A stretch of 64,000 nucleotides of DNA from Camelus dromedarius (Eukaryota), in contig NC_087436.1 in the NCBI RefSeq assembly GCF_036321535.1, forward strand, positions 103,728,001 through 103,792,000, in the 5' to 3' direction. Under the pieces are notes generated by a model. It worked only from the letters and a program-made list of their open reading frames with translations. It ran no database searches and was not told the origin of the DNA. The translations under genes and the position numbers were made by a program. Positions 49,422 through 62,389 of the stretch are shown here, one piece after another (the stretch's first letter is position 1; the number at the start of each line of letters is the position of its first letter).

Positions 49422-50360
49422 CTTTTTTTTTTTTTTTAACATTTTTTATTGATTTATAATCATTTTACAATGTTGTGTCAATTTCCAGTGTTCAGCACAA
49501 TTTTTCAGTCATTCATGGACATATACACACTCGTCACATTTTTTTCTCTGTGAGTTATCATAACATTTTGTGTATATTTCCCTGTGCTATACAGTGTAAT
49601 CTTGTTTATCTATTCTACAATTTTGAAATTCCAGTCTATCCCTTCCCACCCTCCACCCCCCTGGCAACCACAAGTCTGTATTCTCTGTCTGTGAGTCTAT
49701 TTCTGTCCTGTATTTATGCTTTGTTTTTGTTTGTTTGTTTGTTTTTGTTTTTTAGATTCCACATATAAGCGATCTCATATGGTATTTTTCTTTCTCTTTC
49801 TGGCTTACTTCACTTAGAATGACATTCTCCAGGAGCATCCATGTTGCTGCAAATGGCATTATGTTGTCAGTTTTTATGGCTGAGTAGTATTCCATTGTAT
49901 AAATATATCACATCTTCTTTATCCAGTCACCTGTTGATGGACATTTAGGCTGTTTCCATGTTTTGGCTATTGTAAATAGTGCTGCTATGAACATTGGGGT
50001 GCAGGTGTCATCCTGAAGTAGATTTCCTTCTGGATACAAGCCCATGAGTGGGATTCCTGGGTCATATGGTAAGTCTATTCCTAGTCTTTTGAGGAATCTC
50101 CACACTGTTTTCCATAGTGGCTGCACCAAACTGCATTCCCACCAGCAGTGTAGGAGGGTTCCCCTTTCTCCACAGCCTCTCCAGCATTTGTCATTTGTGG
50201 ATTTTTGAATGACGGCCATTCTGACTGGTGTGAGGTGATACCTCATTGTAGTTTTGATTTGCATTTCTCTGATAATTAGTGATATTGAGCATTTTTTCAT
50301 GTGCTTTTTGATCATTTGTATGTCTTCCTTGGAGAATTGCTTGTTTAGGTCTTCTGCCCG
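49422..50360 (-). mobile_element. Young 5'-truncated L1 (ORF2 C-terminus incl. CCHC knuckle + 3' UTR + polyA) with 14-bp TSD
   Basis: ORF 49908-50366 translates to L1 ORF2 (…[11 protein letters not shown]…[19 protein letters not shown]…LPYDP…). Poly(T) at 49423-49437. Perfect TSD CTCCACAGTCTCTT at 49408-49421 and 50361-50374, at a TT/AAGA endonuclease-type site. Confidence 0.98.
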
Positions 50361-51329
50361 CTCCACAGTCTCTTAAAACAACTTGTGTCAGAAAATTCTT
50401 TCTTTCTAACCTTCCTTTTTATTAAATCCTCACCGATATGTTTCTGTGGAAAAACTGAGAGATACAGGGCAGAGTCTGTGGTTAAAGAAGCCCACTGGTG
50501 CGTTCCTATCAGAGGTTTTAAACTAAGAGGATTTCTTCAAAGACCATCATGAAAGAGGCTGTTATGCAACATACCAAGAAAAATAAAATGCCTCCGAATT
50601 ACCTCTTTTGAGTACCAGTCCCTTCTGCTTCCTACTTCTCACATTTTTGCTACAGTGCCATCTGCTTAAATTCATTATTAATTATTTCACTTTTCCTTTG
50701 GGGTTGTTAATTGTTGTTAATCTGCCTTCAAGAGAGGTTAAAGCCATGCAAGCAAATGAACAACGCAAGGCAGGAAACATATTTCACAAGCCTGCTTCAT
50801 CATCATAACTCATCCAATTATTTTTAATAAAATGAGGGTTATTTTAAAAATCAGCTAAAGAGAACCAGGTAACTCTGGGAAAATTAAAAGTAGTTCCTTT
50901 AATAGTGTAGAAAGTAAGATGAGAAATGTGATTTCCTTTGTAGTATTCAGTATCTGTTGTTCCATATAGATATACAAAGACACAGGTTACAGATCAAGGC
51001 TCTGTCAAATAACGATTTGTATGAGGGTAAGAAAAAAATAAGCCAATCATTGTTTTACTTTACTGAATATATCAAGTTATGTCATAAATTAAATGCCAAC
51101 TGCTTTGCCCTGAAAAAGGAACAGGTACCATATAGCATGTACCCAAATGTTAAAAAGAGATACCAATAAAAAGGAAGGATTAAAAAGGCAAAAAAAAAAA
51201 ATGTATAAATACATTTTTAAATCTTAATGTATTGAAATCATTCTCATCTTATTTCTGATTCTCCTCTAAGCAGAACCTATGTTATGCTGTATGTGTTTTG
51301 CATTGTCCAAGAATATTCTTCAGAATTCG

Positions 51330-51780
51330 GTTCTAGATCTTTCTCCCTCTGTAGTTATGCCTTCATCGGCCTCTATGGTATTCACTTGCTTCCACAGCTT
51401 AAATGACCACTGATAGGGCTCCCCAGACACTTTTCTAAGCATCTCCAGGGCAGTTCTGCTTGGAATTCAAGCCAATATATCAAAAACCAATCTCAACATC
51501 TTTGATGCCAATAAATCCAGCTCTTCTCAATTTTCCTATCCATTGACCTAGCAATTGCTACTTTTATGTCTATCTAGGTTGGCATTGTTGAAAATAATTT
51601 TTCATTCACCAATCTCTTTTGTCTACAGATCAGTTTCCAAATACTGTATACTCTCAGCAATGTACTTGTTCTTAATCCATTTCTTCTGTTTCAGTCCTTA
51701 GCATCGTAGTCCTAGCTGTTATCATGTTAAACCTAATGTACATCAACTGCTACTTTCTGGTCTCTAACTCTGGACTTCAA
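51330..51780 (+). mobile_element. L2 body fragment
   Basis: CCACAGCTTAAATGACCAC…AAAAACCAATCTCAACATC…GTACATCAACTGCTACTTTCTGGTCTC resemble L2. Confidence 0.45.
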
Positions 51781-53409
51781 GGATCCCCATCAATGGATTA
51801 GGACTTATAGAAAGATGTCAAAGCTACACACTAGCTGTCCAAGAGGGATGTCTTCTTCCTGAGTGCTTTCCTGATTCCTGAGCTTTGAGAACTTCAGCCT
51901 GATCTTTGAGGCTCAGGGACACAACAGCTCCTCTTTGCTAGGTCTGAAGCACTTCAGTCTCTCTTGTTGGGACTGTTAACCCTGCCCACACATCTATAAA
52001 TAGACTTGTCATTAAGTTGTCTTTAAAGTACCAATTAGGACCTCTTTTTGTTCTCTGCCAAGAACATGGCTAATAAAAAAAAAGAAGAAGAAAAGAAAAG
52101 AAACACTGGAAGCATCACACTTTTTGTATATTTGGCCATTATTAAACCTGGAGACCTGTGTGGTTCAACCAGAACACCCCATTCAAGGAAAAAAAAAAAA
52201 AAACAGTACAACTTACCAACGTGATTAAAAAGTAGTTCAAAGCCATTTGTAATCCACAAGACCAGATGCAAATCTTAGTGGAAGCAAGGGCTGCACAGGG
52301 TGGGTACAGATGCAGAATACCTGGCGTGGGCTCTCCCCCTGCCCCTGAGAATTCAGCTGCCAATGATATTCTTTATGTTAAAAAATAATTTAAAAAAATT
52401 AAAAATAAACACTTTCTTGCTCTGCTGTTGCCATTGCTATTTCAAAAGAACTAACTATTGACACAAGGGGTTATTTACAAACACTGGGCTCTCCTGGTTC
52501 TTGAACTAAACCCAACAGCATCTAAGGTTTGGAAAGTCCACTTCTTCAACCAGGGAGTGAACAATACCTCTACATCTAGCCTTCCAGAAACTCTGAAAGC
52601 CCTTCTCCCAGTAGACGTTTCTTTGCAATTAACACCACAGTTGGGCCCTCGTGTATTATTTTCCCTGAAAACAAAGAAGGGTTTGTATTTTCTGAAATAG
52701 AGTGTGCTCCACACAGCAGAGACAGAGATCAGATTTTTTTTTACTTCAAAGCACCTTGTCTCTCTGCCAAGCAAAGGACAATGAACCATTCCTAATGACT
52801 GTTTGCAAGGTGCAGGGTTAAAGTATTTTTCTGCATGTAGTTAAAACCAGGCAATGAGTCGGTGAAAAAAATTCCCCATGAAATGGCTTTTAGACGTACT
52901 TGTTCATGGTTCATACAAGCATTTATCTTAAAAGGATATGTTCATCTGTTCCGGTCACTAATATTTATACCTATCCAAGCCACAATTAACACCTATTGAA
53001 AATTTTGTTTTCATGATTATTATGGGACTTAATCATATTTATGGACAGAGCCTGTTTAGTCATTTGAACCAGGCATCACTTGCAAAAGAGGTTACATCAT
53101 TGTGGAAAGACCACAAAACACCTTCTGGACAAATGTTCCCACAATCTGTCACCCAAGCAATGTGAACTCATGTTCCAAGAATGAAGGGGAGGGTGGGGGC
53201 ACTTCCCAAATAGTTCTATTCTCTTCAAAGGAACACTGAGACGTGTGTGTGTGGGCATGAGTATGAATATACAACATCCCAATGCTGTTGGAATATACGC
53301 ATATATTTCAACCTGTAGCCAAAATACACCAGAAGTCTTTCTATAAAAACATAGATGGAGCCCTTGGAAATCTATAACCTCACGTGATTCAATCAGAACA
53401 CTCCATTCA

Positions 53410-53447
53410 TGACTATAACTCAATAAAAAATGTTAAAAAAAAAAAAA
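53410..53447 (+). mobile_element. Ultra-short L1 insertion (3'-terminal ~25 nt + polyA) with TSD
   Basis: TGACTATAACTCAATAAAAAATGTT+A-run matches the tip of the L1 at 49438-49462 (reverse complement TGATTATAAATCAATAAAAAATGTT). TSD AG(A/G)ACACTCCATTCA at 53395-53409 and 53448-53462. Confidence 0.9.
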
Positions 53448-53799
53448 AGGACACTCCATTCAAAGAAAAACAGCACAACTATTAAGTGGTTCCAACGTAC
53501 TTCAAGCCCGTTGTGATCTACACAGCGCCAAGCTTTCCTTCCCTTTCCTTATGCTTTTCTCTCAACCAACAGTGATTATTTCCAAGTGGCCAAAACCCTT
53601 CTGCCTCACGTAGCTCCTGTGGCCTCTGTGTGTATCGCTGTGTAGACTGGCCTGATAACCCTCTCAGCCAACAACGATCTTTCTTCTCCTTGAACGCAGA
53701 GTGAAGCAGCTGGGGAATTGAGGATAATAATACATGTGAACTGTTTTTCTCTAGCGCAATGCCATTATTTAAATGTCCTCTAAAGTTGTAAACTTTTTT

Positions 53800-54300
53800 T
53801 TACTATAATCAATTTTCTGTTGCGAGCAACAGAAAATCAAACTAGCTCAAGAAAAACGGGGTTGGGGAGGGGAAGGGTGGGTGTTACCACAAGGCTACAA
53901 TAGGCATTTGAACATTCAAAGGCAGGAGAGTAAATAAAGTGGGGGCTTCTTGGAAATTGTGAACTCGGAAACTGAATCTTCTCCATCTGTTTCTCAGGGG
54001 CCGTCTCCATGTCTGTTTTTGTGCTCTGTTCTCTTCATTTCTCTTCCTGAGTTTCTTGGTTTACTCATCCTACACCTTGCACGTAATGGGGACCTCAGCC
54101 TCTGATCCTTCAGATTGGGTCCCCTTGTTAAACCTCCTTCTGTGTGTCTTAGTTCAAATTCCAAGCAGAAAGATTCCAATTAGCTACTGGTGAGACAATG
54201 GAGTCACTGGCTTTGGTTAGGGATTCCTCCTTGGACCAATAAGCCATAGTCAGGAGATGGGGTCACTTAGGACATAATACTTCCACTTGCAAAGAAACTA
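53800..54300 (-). mobile_element. Highly diverged old MaLR/ERVL LTR
   Basis: GTTGCGAGCAACAGAAAATCAAACTAGCTCAAG start and TCAAATTCCAAGCAGAAAGATTCCAATTAGC…TGGACCAATAAGCCATAGTCAGG. Confidence 0.5.
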
Positions 54301-54380
54301 GCCTACTCCCCAGACACACCTTTGAAATTCTGAAATCCAAGTGAGAACCAGCAGTTTCGTCCTAATGTTTGACATGGGCT

Positions 54381-54945
54381 TGTGATGGGTTCTGGTAGAT
54401 CAGTTCACTCAGCATTCCTGCCAACTTCCTCCGTAAACTGTGGACAGCTAACAGCTACCTTTCCCAGACTCCCTTTAAGAGAGATTTTGCATATAAACTA
54501 GTTTCCACTAAATTAGAAGCACTGTCATGTGGTTTCTGAAGGTGAGCACGAGGCAGAGGTCTTCTTTATGGTTTGCTTTTGCCATTGCAAACACAGTCAT
54601 GAAAACACTGGGGTTTACTGCAGCAGCGTTTGATGCCCAGCCCCTAGTCTCAGGTGACTGGGGTAGAGAAAATCAGGAAGCTGGCCTTGAATCACAGGCA
54701 AGGTGTTCCTGAGGACACTGTTCCAGTGACAGCCTCCCAATTCCCCACATTCTCCTGGCAAGGGGAGAGGCTTCCCTGACAGCAAGTCTAATAGGCTTTT
54801 CTAAAGGTCTTTCCCAGGGGCCTGATGGACATCTGAAACCTATAGCCCTTCCAAAGGTTTTGTAAGCACTAGATCCTTATATTAATCCTCATTCTTCTAA
54901 AAGTAGCCACAATGATCTCTATTTCCTGCAACTGAAAGACTCACT
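54381..54945 (+). mobile_element. ERVL solo LTR, LTR33-like
   Basis: AGCTAACAGCTACCTTTCCCAGACTCCCTT…CTGCAGCAGCG…CCCTTCCAAAGGTTTTGTAAGCAC…TTCCTGCAACTGAA. Confidence 0.7.
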
Positions 54946-55123
54946 GGGCCCAGATCAGTAAGATTCAGTACACCAATCAAAATCTAGAGGCGAGAGAAAA
55001 GTGAACAGTCCAGAAGTGTCTCCTGGGAACGGGAAAGTTACTGTGAGGCGATCAAGAGCCTTAGTCTCCATTCTAGTCGACTAAGTGAGGGGGAACCTCT
55101 GGATACAGCAATGAAGTAGCCTC

Positions 55124-55598
55124 TGTTAAAGGAAAAAACAGCTGGACGGTAAAGTGGTAAAAACAGATTTTACTCAGGAACTATAGCAATAGGGAAAATA
55201 GACCGAATTATAGACTTAGCCTCAATTCTGAATATAAAAAGGAAAAATAAAGATTTATAGCCAAGGAACAGTGTTGGGTATCAGCGAGGGAAGAAATACT
55301 GAGAGGAAACAAGGGGGACAAGGGGGACAAAGGGGATTCTTGTTGAACAGACTTAATAGGATTCTTGCTGAAGGCAAACCAAGGTGATCCGATACCACCT
55401 GGGGGAACACACAGGATGAGGCACATTTGATCAGATGATCAGACATTGAGGGTTGGGGTTCTCTCTAAGCTGATTTAGCAGGATTTTTGCTAAACTTGGG
55501 TGATGAAAAAGATGGACATGTAAGTTGAAAGTTCAAGGCCTAGTTGAGAAGAGCATTCAGAAGAATCAGACTAAAGTTCAAAGAGAGACTCTTTGTCA
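55124..55598 (-). mobile_element. ERV1 solo LTR, MER31-like (475 bp) with 4-bp TSD
   Basis: TGTTAAAGGAAAA…AGAGACTCTTTGTCA, repeated GGATTCTTGCT/GGATTTTTGCT blocks. TSD CCTC at 55120-55123 and 55599-55602. Confidence 0.9.
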
Positions 55599-56299
55599 CC
55601 TCCATTCCAGCTCAAAAGGTGCAGCTCTGGAGTCTTATAGTGGGGGCTCTAAGGAAATGAAAGAGTAAACTCAATCTCTTGGTAATTAAGTAAAATGATT
55701 GTCACACTTTGAGACCAACAGGATGCTAACTGAAAGAATAAAGTTAACACTGATGAGAAAAAAAAAATCATTCTCCTTGCACCATCAAGATGATGACCAT
55801 GTTGAGAACAACTTTACCAGGCACAGAAATGCAGTAGCAGATTAAAAACTAGATAGGTGAATGGAGACTAGACAGAGTAACCACAGCAGGTGAACTTTAG
55901 TAGAGGTCAGATGATGAGACACTCAGAATGAATAGACAGAGTGTCCGTATTCTCATCAGTCATTGGTCCAGTCCTCCTGGTCTGAGCCTCAGGGTCGTTC
56001 CTACTGATATTGTTGATGATCATATTTCTGATCTTATCGATGAACGTACTCTCTTTATTTTCCTTGACAAAAGTAATTCATATCTAAAAGAAGATTCAAG
56101 CAGATACTTTCTTATCAGGGTTCTGGCATGATGTGAGAGGTAAAGATAACACATATGGATTTGAAAAATGGGAAGAACATACATGAACACAAACATATTT
56201 AGAATTAGGAAAAGGATAAAAGGACTTAGAGACTGATACAAGAAAAATAAGAAAGATCAATTTCAAAAGGAAAGAGAATAAGAATGGCAATGTAAAAAG

Positions 56300-56890
56300 G
56301 AATTTATTAAACAAAATTTATTGAATGCCTACTATGTCCCAGGCATTGTTCTAAGGACTGGAGATATTTCAGGGAATAAGAAATACAAGGAGAAAAGAGG
56401 TGGCAGGTGATGAGACTTAAGAGACTCTGAAAGTAGAAAAGGATAAAAATCAGTGAAGGACTTTTTATGAAGCAGTTTTCACATTGTCCTTTAGAAAACA
56501 GGGAGCCATACAATTTTTATGTTTTAATTTCAGAAAGATAACTGGTTCATGTTAGAAATGGATTAGAAAGCGATAACCCTCTAATCTATCCACTCTTGCA
56601 GTAGATAAAAGAGTTAAGGGGCTATTGCAATGGTCTGAGCAAAATTCATTATCATCATCACCATCATCATCACTTGATCTTGTATAATTACTTTCTAATT
56701 GCTTTCATCACTTTCTATCTTGAATAATTAAGTAGCATTAATCATGTTGGGAAAGGCAGAATAGGAAGTGTTCCCTGTTTTGGTTTGGGTGTGGAAGGAA
56801 ATCAGAGAACTATTTGTAGCTTATTGAATTTGAGGTAACTTTATCATAACTAAGGTTAGTTCAATAGATCAAAAATTATAGTTTGAGAAT
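56300..56890 (-). mobile_element. L2 3' fragments
   Basis: AAATTTATTGAATGCCTACTATGTCCCAGGCATTGTTCTAAGGACTGGAGAT is the antisense L2 terminus. Confidence 0.75.
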
Positions 56891-57363
56891 TATGCTTTCC
56901 TGCTGGGCTTAATGGAAATATTTGCCAAACCAAGAGAAATCAAACTGTCAGTTTCTCCAGAGTACCTACCACTGGGGGCTTGGAGCTTCCCCTGGTTTTG
57001 GGTACCACTCCAATTGCACTTACCCTGTCTTATCTCTCCAAGAGTTTCCTCCAAGGATGAATTCCCTGCAACTGTCATAAGGAGTTTTTATAATCTTGGA
57101 GGATATTATCAGGTCACTGATTTCTGAGTTAGGGAAGCTTCCAAACAGGCTTTTAAGTCAAATCCAAGTAAACCAGGTATCTGTGTTCAAAGGTAGCCAG
57201 TATAGAATCAAGGAACCTAGTCCCAAGCCCAAGGGACCAGCATCTAAAACCAATTTGAAATAACTACAATACTTCACAGAAGTTTAAATGTATCTTCCAG
57301 ACTGGGTACCCCACATTATTTACTTCCCCCCACAGCCTCCTCCACCCTGCCAAGCCTATCAGC

Positions 57364-57850
57364 TGTATTATGTCCTAATGCACATAGCACATGACTCCCG
57401 CCTCCTTTGACCACAGCTTATTGAACCAGAAGAAAATACCTGAACCAAATTAGTCCATTAGATTCTTTCTCTTGGGAATCACTTAACTGAGGCAATTCAT
57501 TCTAAAAGGTCATTAAAAACTCAAGAGTTGATTCTGTCCTTTTTAGGTGGTCTGCAGTGAAGAACCAAATACATACAGCTGAATGACAGAACCAGGACCT
57601 CCATCAGAGAAAAACCAAACAGAGCTACAGCACAAATGGTAGACCAGACGCCCAAGAACAAATGCTCTTGAAGCAGTAGTTCTGTCTGACATTGCTCTAG
57701 CTCCTGAGACGTTCCCAGTGACCCAAGGGTATCAGGCCCAGGAAGTGTTAATGTGTAGACACTCCTAGCCTTCCCCTTTCCTCTCCCCCATTTCTTCTGA
57801 TGACAAATTGAAATTTGAATGGAGTATCTCAATTCAGGCATACAAAAGCA
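57364..57850 (+). mobile_element. Old ERVL/MaLR-type LTR
   Basis: TGACCACAGCTTATTGAACCAG…ACCTGAACCAAATTAGTCCATTAGATTCTTTCTCTTGGGAAT. Confidence 0.45.
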
Positions 57851-57879
57851 GAGTAGGCAGCCATTGAGGATCTGGTCTC

Positions 57880-58272
57880 AGACACATCTCCGCACCACTG
57901 AGAACTTGAACTTTCTGTGAAGTGTACCTAACCAAGGACACTGGCATTTTCAAACAACACCTGCAAGCTGCAACTTAGTGTCTCAAGGTCTCCCCTTGTA
58001 ACTGTGCAAACATTTCCAACCACAACCAATCCTTACGTAACAAGAACCCTTACTTCTTTTCAGCTCCGATTATAATTCTTGATAAATAACTCAGGTAACT
58101 AGCTGTAACCTTGATGATTTTGCTTTTATAAGCCTCCCCCATTTTGTAGTCTGGGGGAACACAACTCATGAGCTTCTTGAATCTGTGTCCCCTGGGCTGC
58201 AGTCCTAACAAACCCCAAATCTACACCTTTTATTTCAACCAGGTCTTTCTTTCTGAAGTTTTGGTTGTTTCC
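57880..58272 (+). mobile_element. ERV1-class LTR, MER110/MER90-like
   Basis: TTTTGCTTTTATAAGCC…TTCTTGAATCTGTGTCCCCTGGGCTGCAGTCCT is a typical ERV1 U3/R block. Confidence 0.55.
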
Positions 58273-59930
58273 AGTCATCCTCCCTCCTCCATATTTGAAG
58301 GACATTTATCTCTTTGCTAACTAGTCATTTGTTTGTTTTTAATGAAAGCTTAGGAAAAATTCTGGCAAGATGGGAGAAAACCGAGAAGAATTCTTGCTTG
58401 AATCCAAAAGGGGGAAATAAAAGCCAGAAAACTTGTATCAAGATAGAAAAAACAATTCTGGGAGCATGGAGTATTTGAAAGGGTTCTTGAGGTATTTTGT
58501 TGAAGGGAAAGACTCCGGAGAGGTCTGGGAGTCAAGAGACACAGAAAAGGGGTTTGTGAAATTGTTGCTATAGTTTACAAATTAGCTTATTTTAAATCAT
58601 CGTCAAAAGACCCAAGAAAATAATATCCTTATTTAATATATTTTGGATGTTAGACTCTGCTGGTACAGAAATGACTGGATACTGAGACATAGCACATGAG
58701 GTCTTAAATATATATGGGGTGAGCCTACATTAAATTCTCCATCTTTTAAGCTAAATTGAGTGAAGTCCCATTTCTTGGTTTTGAATCCTTCTTTAAATAT
58801 CTTCTTAAAAACTGTAAGATTGAATCCTAAATTTATCTCATCTGTCAAACCATCTCTCCACCTTTCATTGTGATACAGGCCTACATGTTCTTGTTCCACT
58901 TTTACAGAGAGAAAAACTGGGGCTCTGATGTTCTGTTTGGAACAGAGAAATATGGAATTTGGCTTTCTTTTCCGATAGCCTATTCTTCTTTAAATTTTGA
59001 TGGAGTTTTAATATTTGTTGAGAATAAAAATAAATGGATAAAGGTTAAATAGTAAAACAAGTATTAAAACTTCTGTCTCTGGTTTTTAACTCTGAGTGCT
59101 CTAGCACACTGCCCCCCCCCACACACACACACTCTACAATGTCCCCTAAATTTAATGATATCAAGTTCACTGCCATTTAAGTCTTTCTTCATTCAATAGC
59201 TGAGGAAATTGTCATTGGTATGCAGACTGGTCTCAGGCAAGGAACATTACTCTTTAATCTCCTAATTTTAATTGGTAGGCCATCGTCCAGACTGGGGCTG
59301 CTAATGACCTAGTTTGTAGATTAAGACCAGCAGACCTGAACTGCGGTATGTCATTAGTTACAAATAAAAAAGAGGAAAAACACCGAACAATGATAAAAGA
59401 GGCCATTCCGAATCAGAGAGAAGATGATTCTCCCTCATCTTCTCCAAGGTTCATGACCCTATTTCAAAGTCCATTTGTAACAGGATTCAGATTAATGCTT
59501 TCTGCTTGGTCAGATAATTTCAGAACAGTTGGTAAATTGTAATGATTTGCTGTGTATATACCAATGTTATTGGCTGGTCCAGGACACGTTGCTGACTCAT
59601 TTGCTCACAAATGCATTGTTTCAACTGATAGAGCTGTTTCCTTCACTAGGAAATAAATGTTTTAAATGAAAAGACTCTTTTGCTATTTAAGGAAAGCGTA
59701 TGTTTCTTCAGTGGAATTAACTGTCATTTTTACTTTGTATTTGTGCCCTCCAATAGGTAAAGAATCTTATACAGGTGAATCTTTCACAGAGATCATGCTT
59801 GTATCTGTCACCAGTGACAGAAAGTTCCAAAGGAAAAAAGAAATGTATGTTTAGAGAGATAATTGATAGATACATAAGCACATAGCTATACAGATACATA
59901 GAGATAGATGAGAGGTGATAGATGATAGAT

Positions 59931-59986
<56 letters not shown>
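59931..59986 (+). repeat. (GATA)14 microsatellite with degenerate flanks
   Basis: Directly visible tandem GATA units. Confidence 0.97.
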
Positions 59987-60199
59987 CTAGATGGAGAGAG
60001 ACAGACAAACATCAAACAATATGAAATAGGAGTAGAATAGCCTACTTTTCTAATCTTAAATAAGTGGTTCTTATTTGCTTCTTCTGGGAACTTAAATAAG
60101 AACCAACACCAAGGTTAGGAAAGTAGACAAAAAGAAAACAAGGTTGCATTACTCTGAAAACAAAACTGAGGAAATAAAATCTATTACTATATCAATGCC

Positions 60200-60663
60200 T
60201 GTTAAGGGTTGAGTTGTGTCCCCTGAAAAGATATAATAAAGTTCTAACTCTCAGGACCTATAAATGTGACCTTATTTGAACATAAAGCCTTTGCAAATGG
60301 TCAAGTTATGATAAGGTCTTTAGATTGGGTCCTGATCTGAGAGGAGTGGTATCCTTATAAAAAAGGGAAATTTGGGCACAGATAGACACGCACAGCAGGA
60401 AGATGACGTGAAAACACACAGGGAGAAGACAGCGTGTGACTCCACTGAGGCACCTACAAGCTAAGGAGCAGGGAGGACCATCAGCAAACATCAAAAATGA
60501 GAAGCAGCCAGGAGGAGTCTCCCCTAGAGCCTTCAGGGACAGCCTGGCCCTGCTGACAACTTGGTCTTGGACTTTTAGCCTCCAGAACCGTGAAACAATA
60601 AATGTCTGTTGTTTAAAGCCATCCCATTTGTGGTACTTTGTTACAACAGCCCTTGCAAACACA
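60200..60663 (+). mobile_element. MaLR solo LTR, MLT1C-like, with 5-bp TSD
   Basis: TGTTAAGGGTTGAGTTGTGTCCCC…AATGTGACCTTATTTG…GCCTCCAGAACCGTGAAACAATAAATGTCTGTTGTTTAAAGCC…ACA. TSD ATGCC at 60195-60199 and 60664-60668. Confidence 0.93.
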
Positions 60664-60683
60664 ATGCCTATCTTGATTCTGCG

Positions 60684-60987
60684 CAGGCGTACCTCATTGT
60701 ATTGCAGTTCCCAAACACTGCTTTTTTTTTTTTTTTCTTTTTTTTTTTACACATCGAAGGTTTGTAGCAATCCTGAGTTTTCAGATAATGGTTAGCATTT
60801 TTTAGCTACAAAGTATTTTTTAAATTAAGGTATGTAAATTGTGTTTTAGACATAATGTATTGCACACTTAATAGACTACAGTAGAGTATAAAAACTTTGA
60901 TACGTATTGGGGAGCCAAAAAATTATGTGACTTGCTTTTTTTGCGGTAGTCTGGAACCAACCCTGCAATATCTCTGACGTCTGCCTG
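60684..60987 (+). mobile_element. Tigger1 internal-deletion derivative (Tigger1a_Art-like)
   Basis: TIRs CAGGCGTACCTC…GACGTCTGCCTG followed by TA. Internal GAAGGTTTGTAGCAATCCTG…GGTTAGCATTTTTTAGC…TAATAGACTACAGTA. Confidence 0.88.
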
Positions 60988-61079
60988 TACTCACATCCAC
61001 ACTGTCATTATTCTCGCCTATGTGTTCCCTCCTTTTCTAAGGAATTTGATTTTATAGGAGGTCATGGAGAAATAACAGA

Positions 61080-61270
61080 AAGTAACTAATATTTCCTGAG
61101 ACCTTTCATAAACCCTGTTATTTAATCCTTAAACAATCCTGAAGGCACATATCACTGGAGCTCTGAGATGTTGAGTATTTTGCCTAAGGGAACACAGCTA
61201 GAAAGAATAGAGCTGGGGTTTGAGTCATGGCCAAAGCATACTACTCTACAAAGCCTTCTACCATATTGCC
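61080..61270 (-). mobile_element. MIR SINE
   Basis: ATTTAATCCTTAAACAATCCTGAAGG…TTGCCTAAGGGAACACAGCTAG…GAGCTGGGGTTTGA. Confidence 0.75.
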
Positions 61271-62389
61271 CTGCTGCTAAGAATTTATTAGGGTGAGTAA
61301 AACAAAACACAAAAATTTCTGGCCTCTGGTAGTGAACTGCATCATTTCAAAGCTAATGTTGCTACAGGCTAGAATGGGAGATTCTGGGGCCTGAAGACAG
61401 GGTAGGTGTGGGGTACTGGTGAGGCAAGGGGATGGGAGAGTTCCCACAGTCGTCCTCCTGGCTCTCTGAGGCCAGTGCACAGGATTCCTGGACACTCCCT
61501 CCCTCTGGGCTGGGGAACAGCCCGGTGCACAGACTAGCCCCTCTGCTAAAATTATGACAGTCTTCACTCTGCTCCGGAGATGATCCAGGTTTGCAATGAG
61601 AGAAAAAAAAAAAAAAAGGGCTGCTTTTGCTGAGAATGGCCTCTAATCAGATGCCTGGGCCCACTTGTGGAGCTGGCATTAAATACAAAGCAGGATGTCC
61701 GGAAACCATCCCCCGAGTGTGCCAAGTAGCTGCAGGCGTCTGGGGAGGACAAAGGTAACACGGGATAGCAGAGCCCAGGAAGCAGTCTCCCTTCCTCTGT
61801 CAGACAAGAGAAGCTTCCTGCCCTCGTGGAGGGTGGGGGGAGTGGCCCACAGCTCCTCTGTCACAGGAGGCCATGTGAAGCACTTCAGAGGTACCAGGAA
61901 CCACAAGATAATAAGGGTTCTGCTGGCCTCTCTCCACCACAGTGACTGAAAATGAGCATCAGCCTTCAGAGCCTGTTGGGACGGTTCGCTGTCATTTAGT
62001 TTTGTTTTGTGCCAATGACACTATTCTCAAACCTGTGCCTCTGAGACACTCTCCAAAAATCACTGACAATCAGTAAAACAAAAACAATTAACTTTCCATA
62101 CAAGTAAAATGATAATAACTTCTTAAATAATAATAACCATCATAGAGTTCATGATTGCTGCATGCCAGGCTCGAAGAAGGAAACTGTTTCTTACTCACTT
62201 TAGATTCTTAACACAGTTCAGTACCCAAAGATACACTCAGAAAATATTTGTTGTAGATCTGGATAAATAAATGGGTGGTGAATAGGAAGTATTAAGCTTT
62301 TGGTAAGACAAAAGTTACCAAAAGTCATAGCTGGAAGGAAGGTGTTGGGAGACAGCCAGGGGTGAACCATCAAAGGACAGGAAGTGGGA

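Noticed and set aside
49908..50366. 152-aa ORF as a host gene
   Set aside because: It is the L1 ORF2 C-terminal fragment. Its start lies in the flanking TSD and it ends at a premature stop.
61318..61342. CTCF-like motif (similar weak ones at ~19652 and ~31175)
   Set aside because: Each has several mismatches at core positions.
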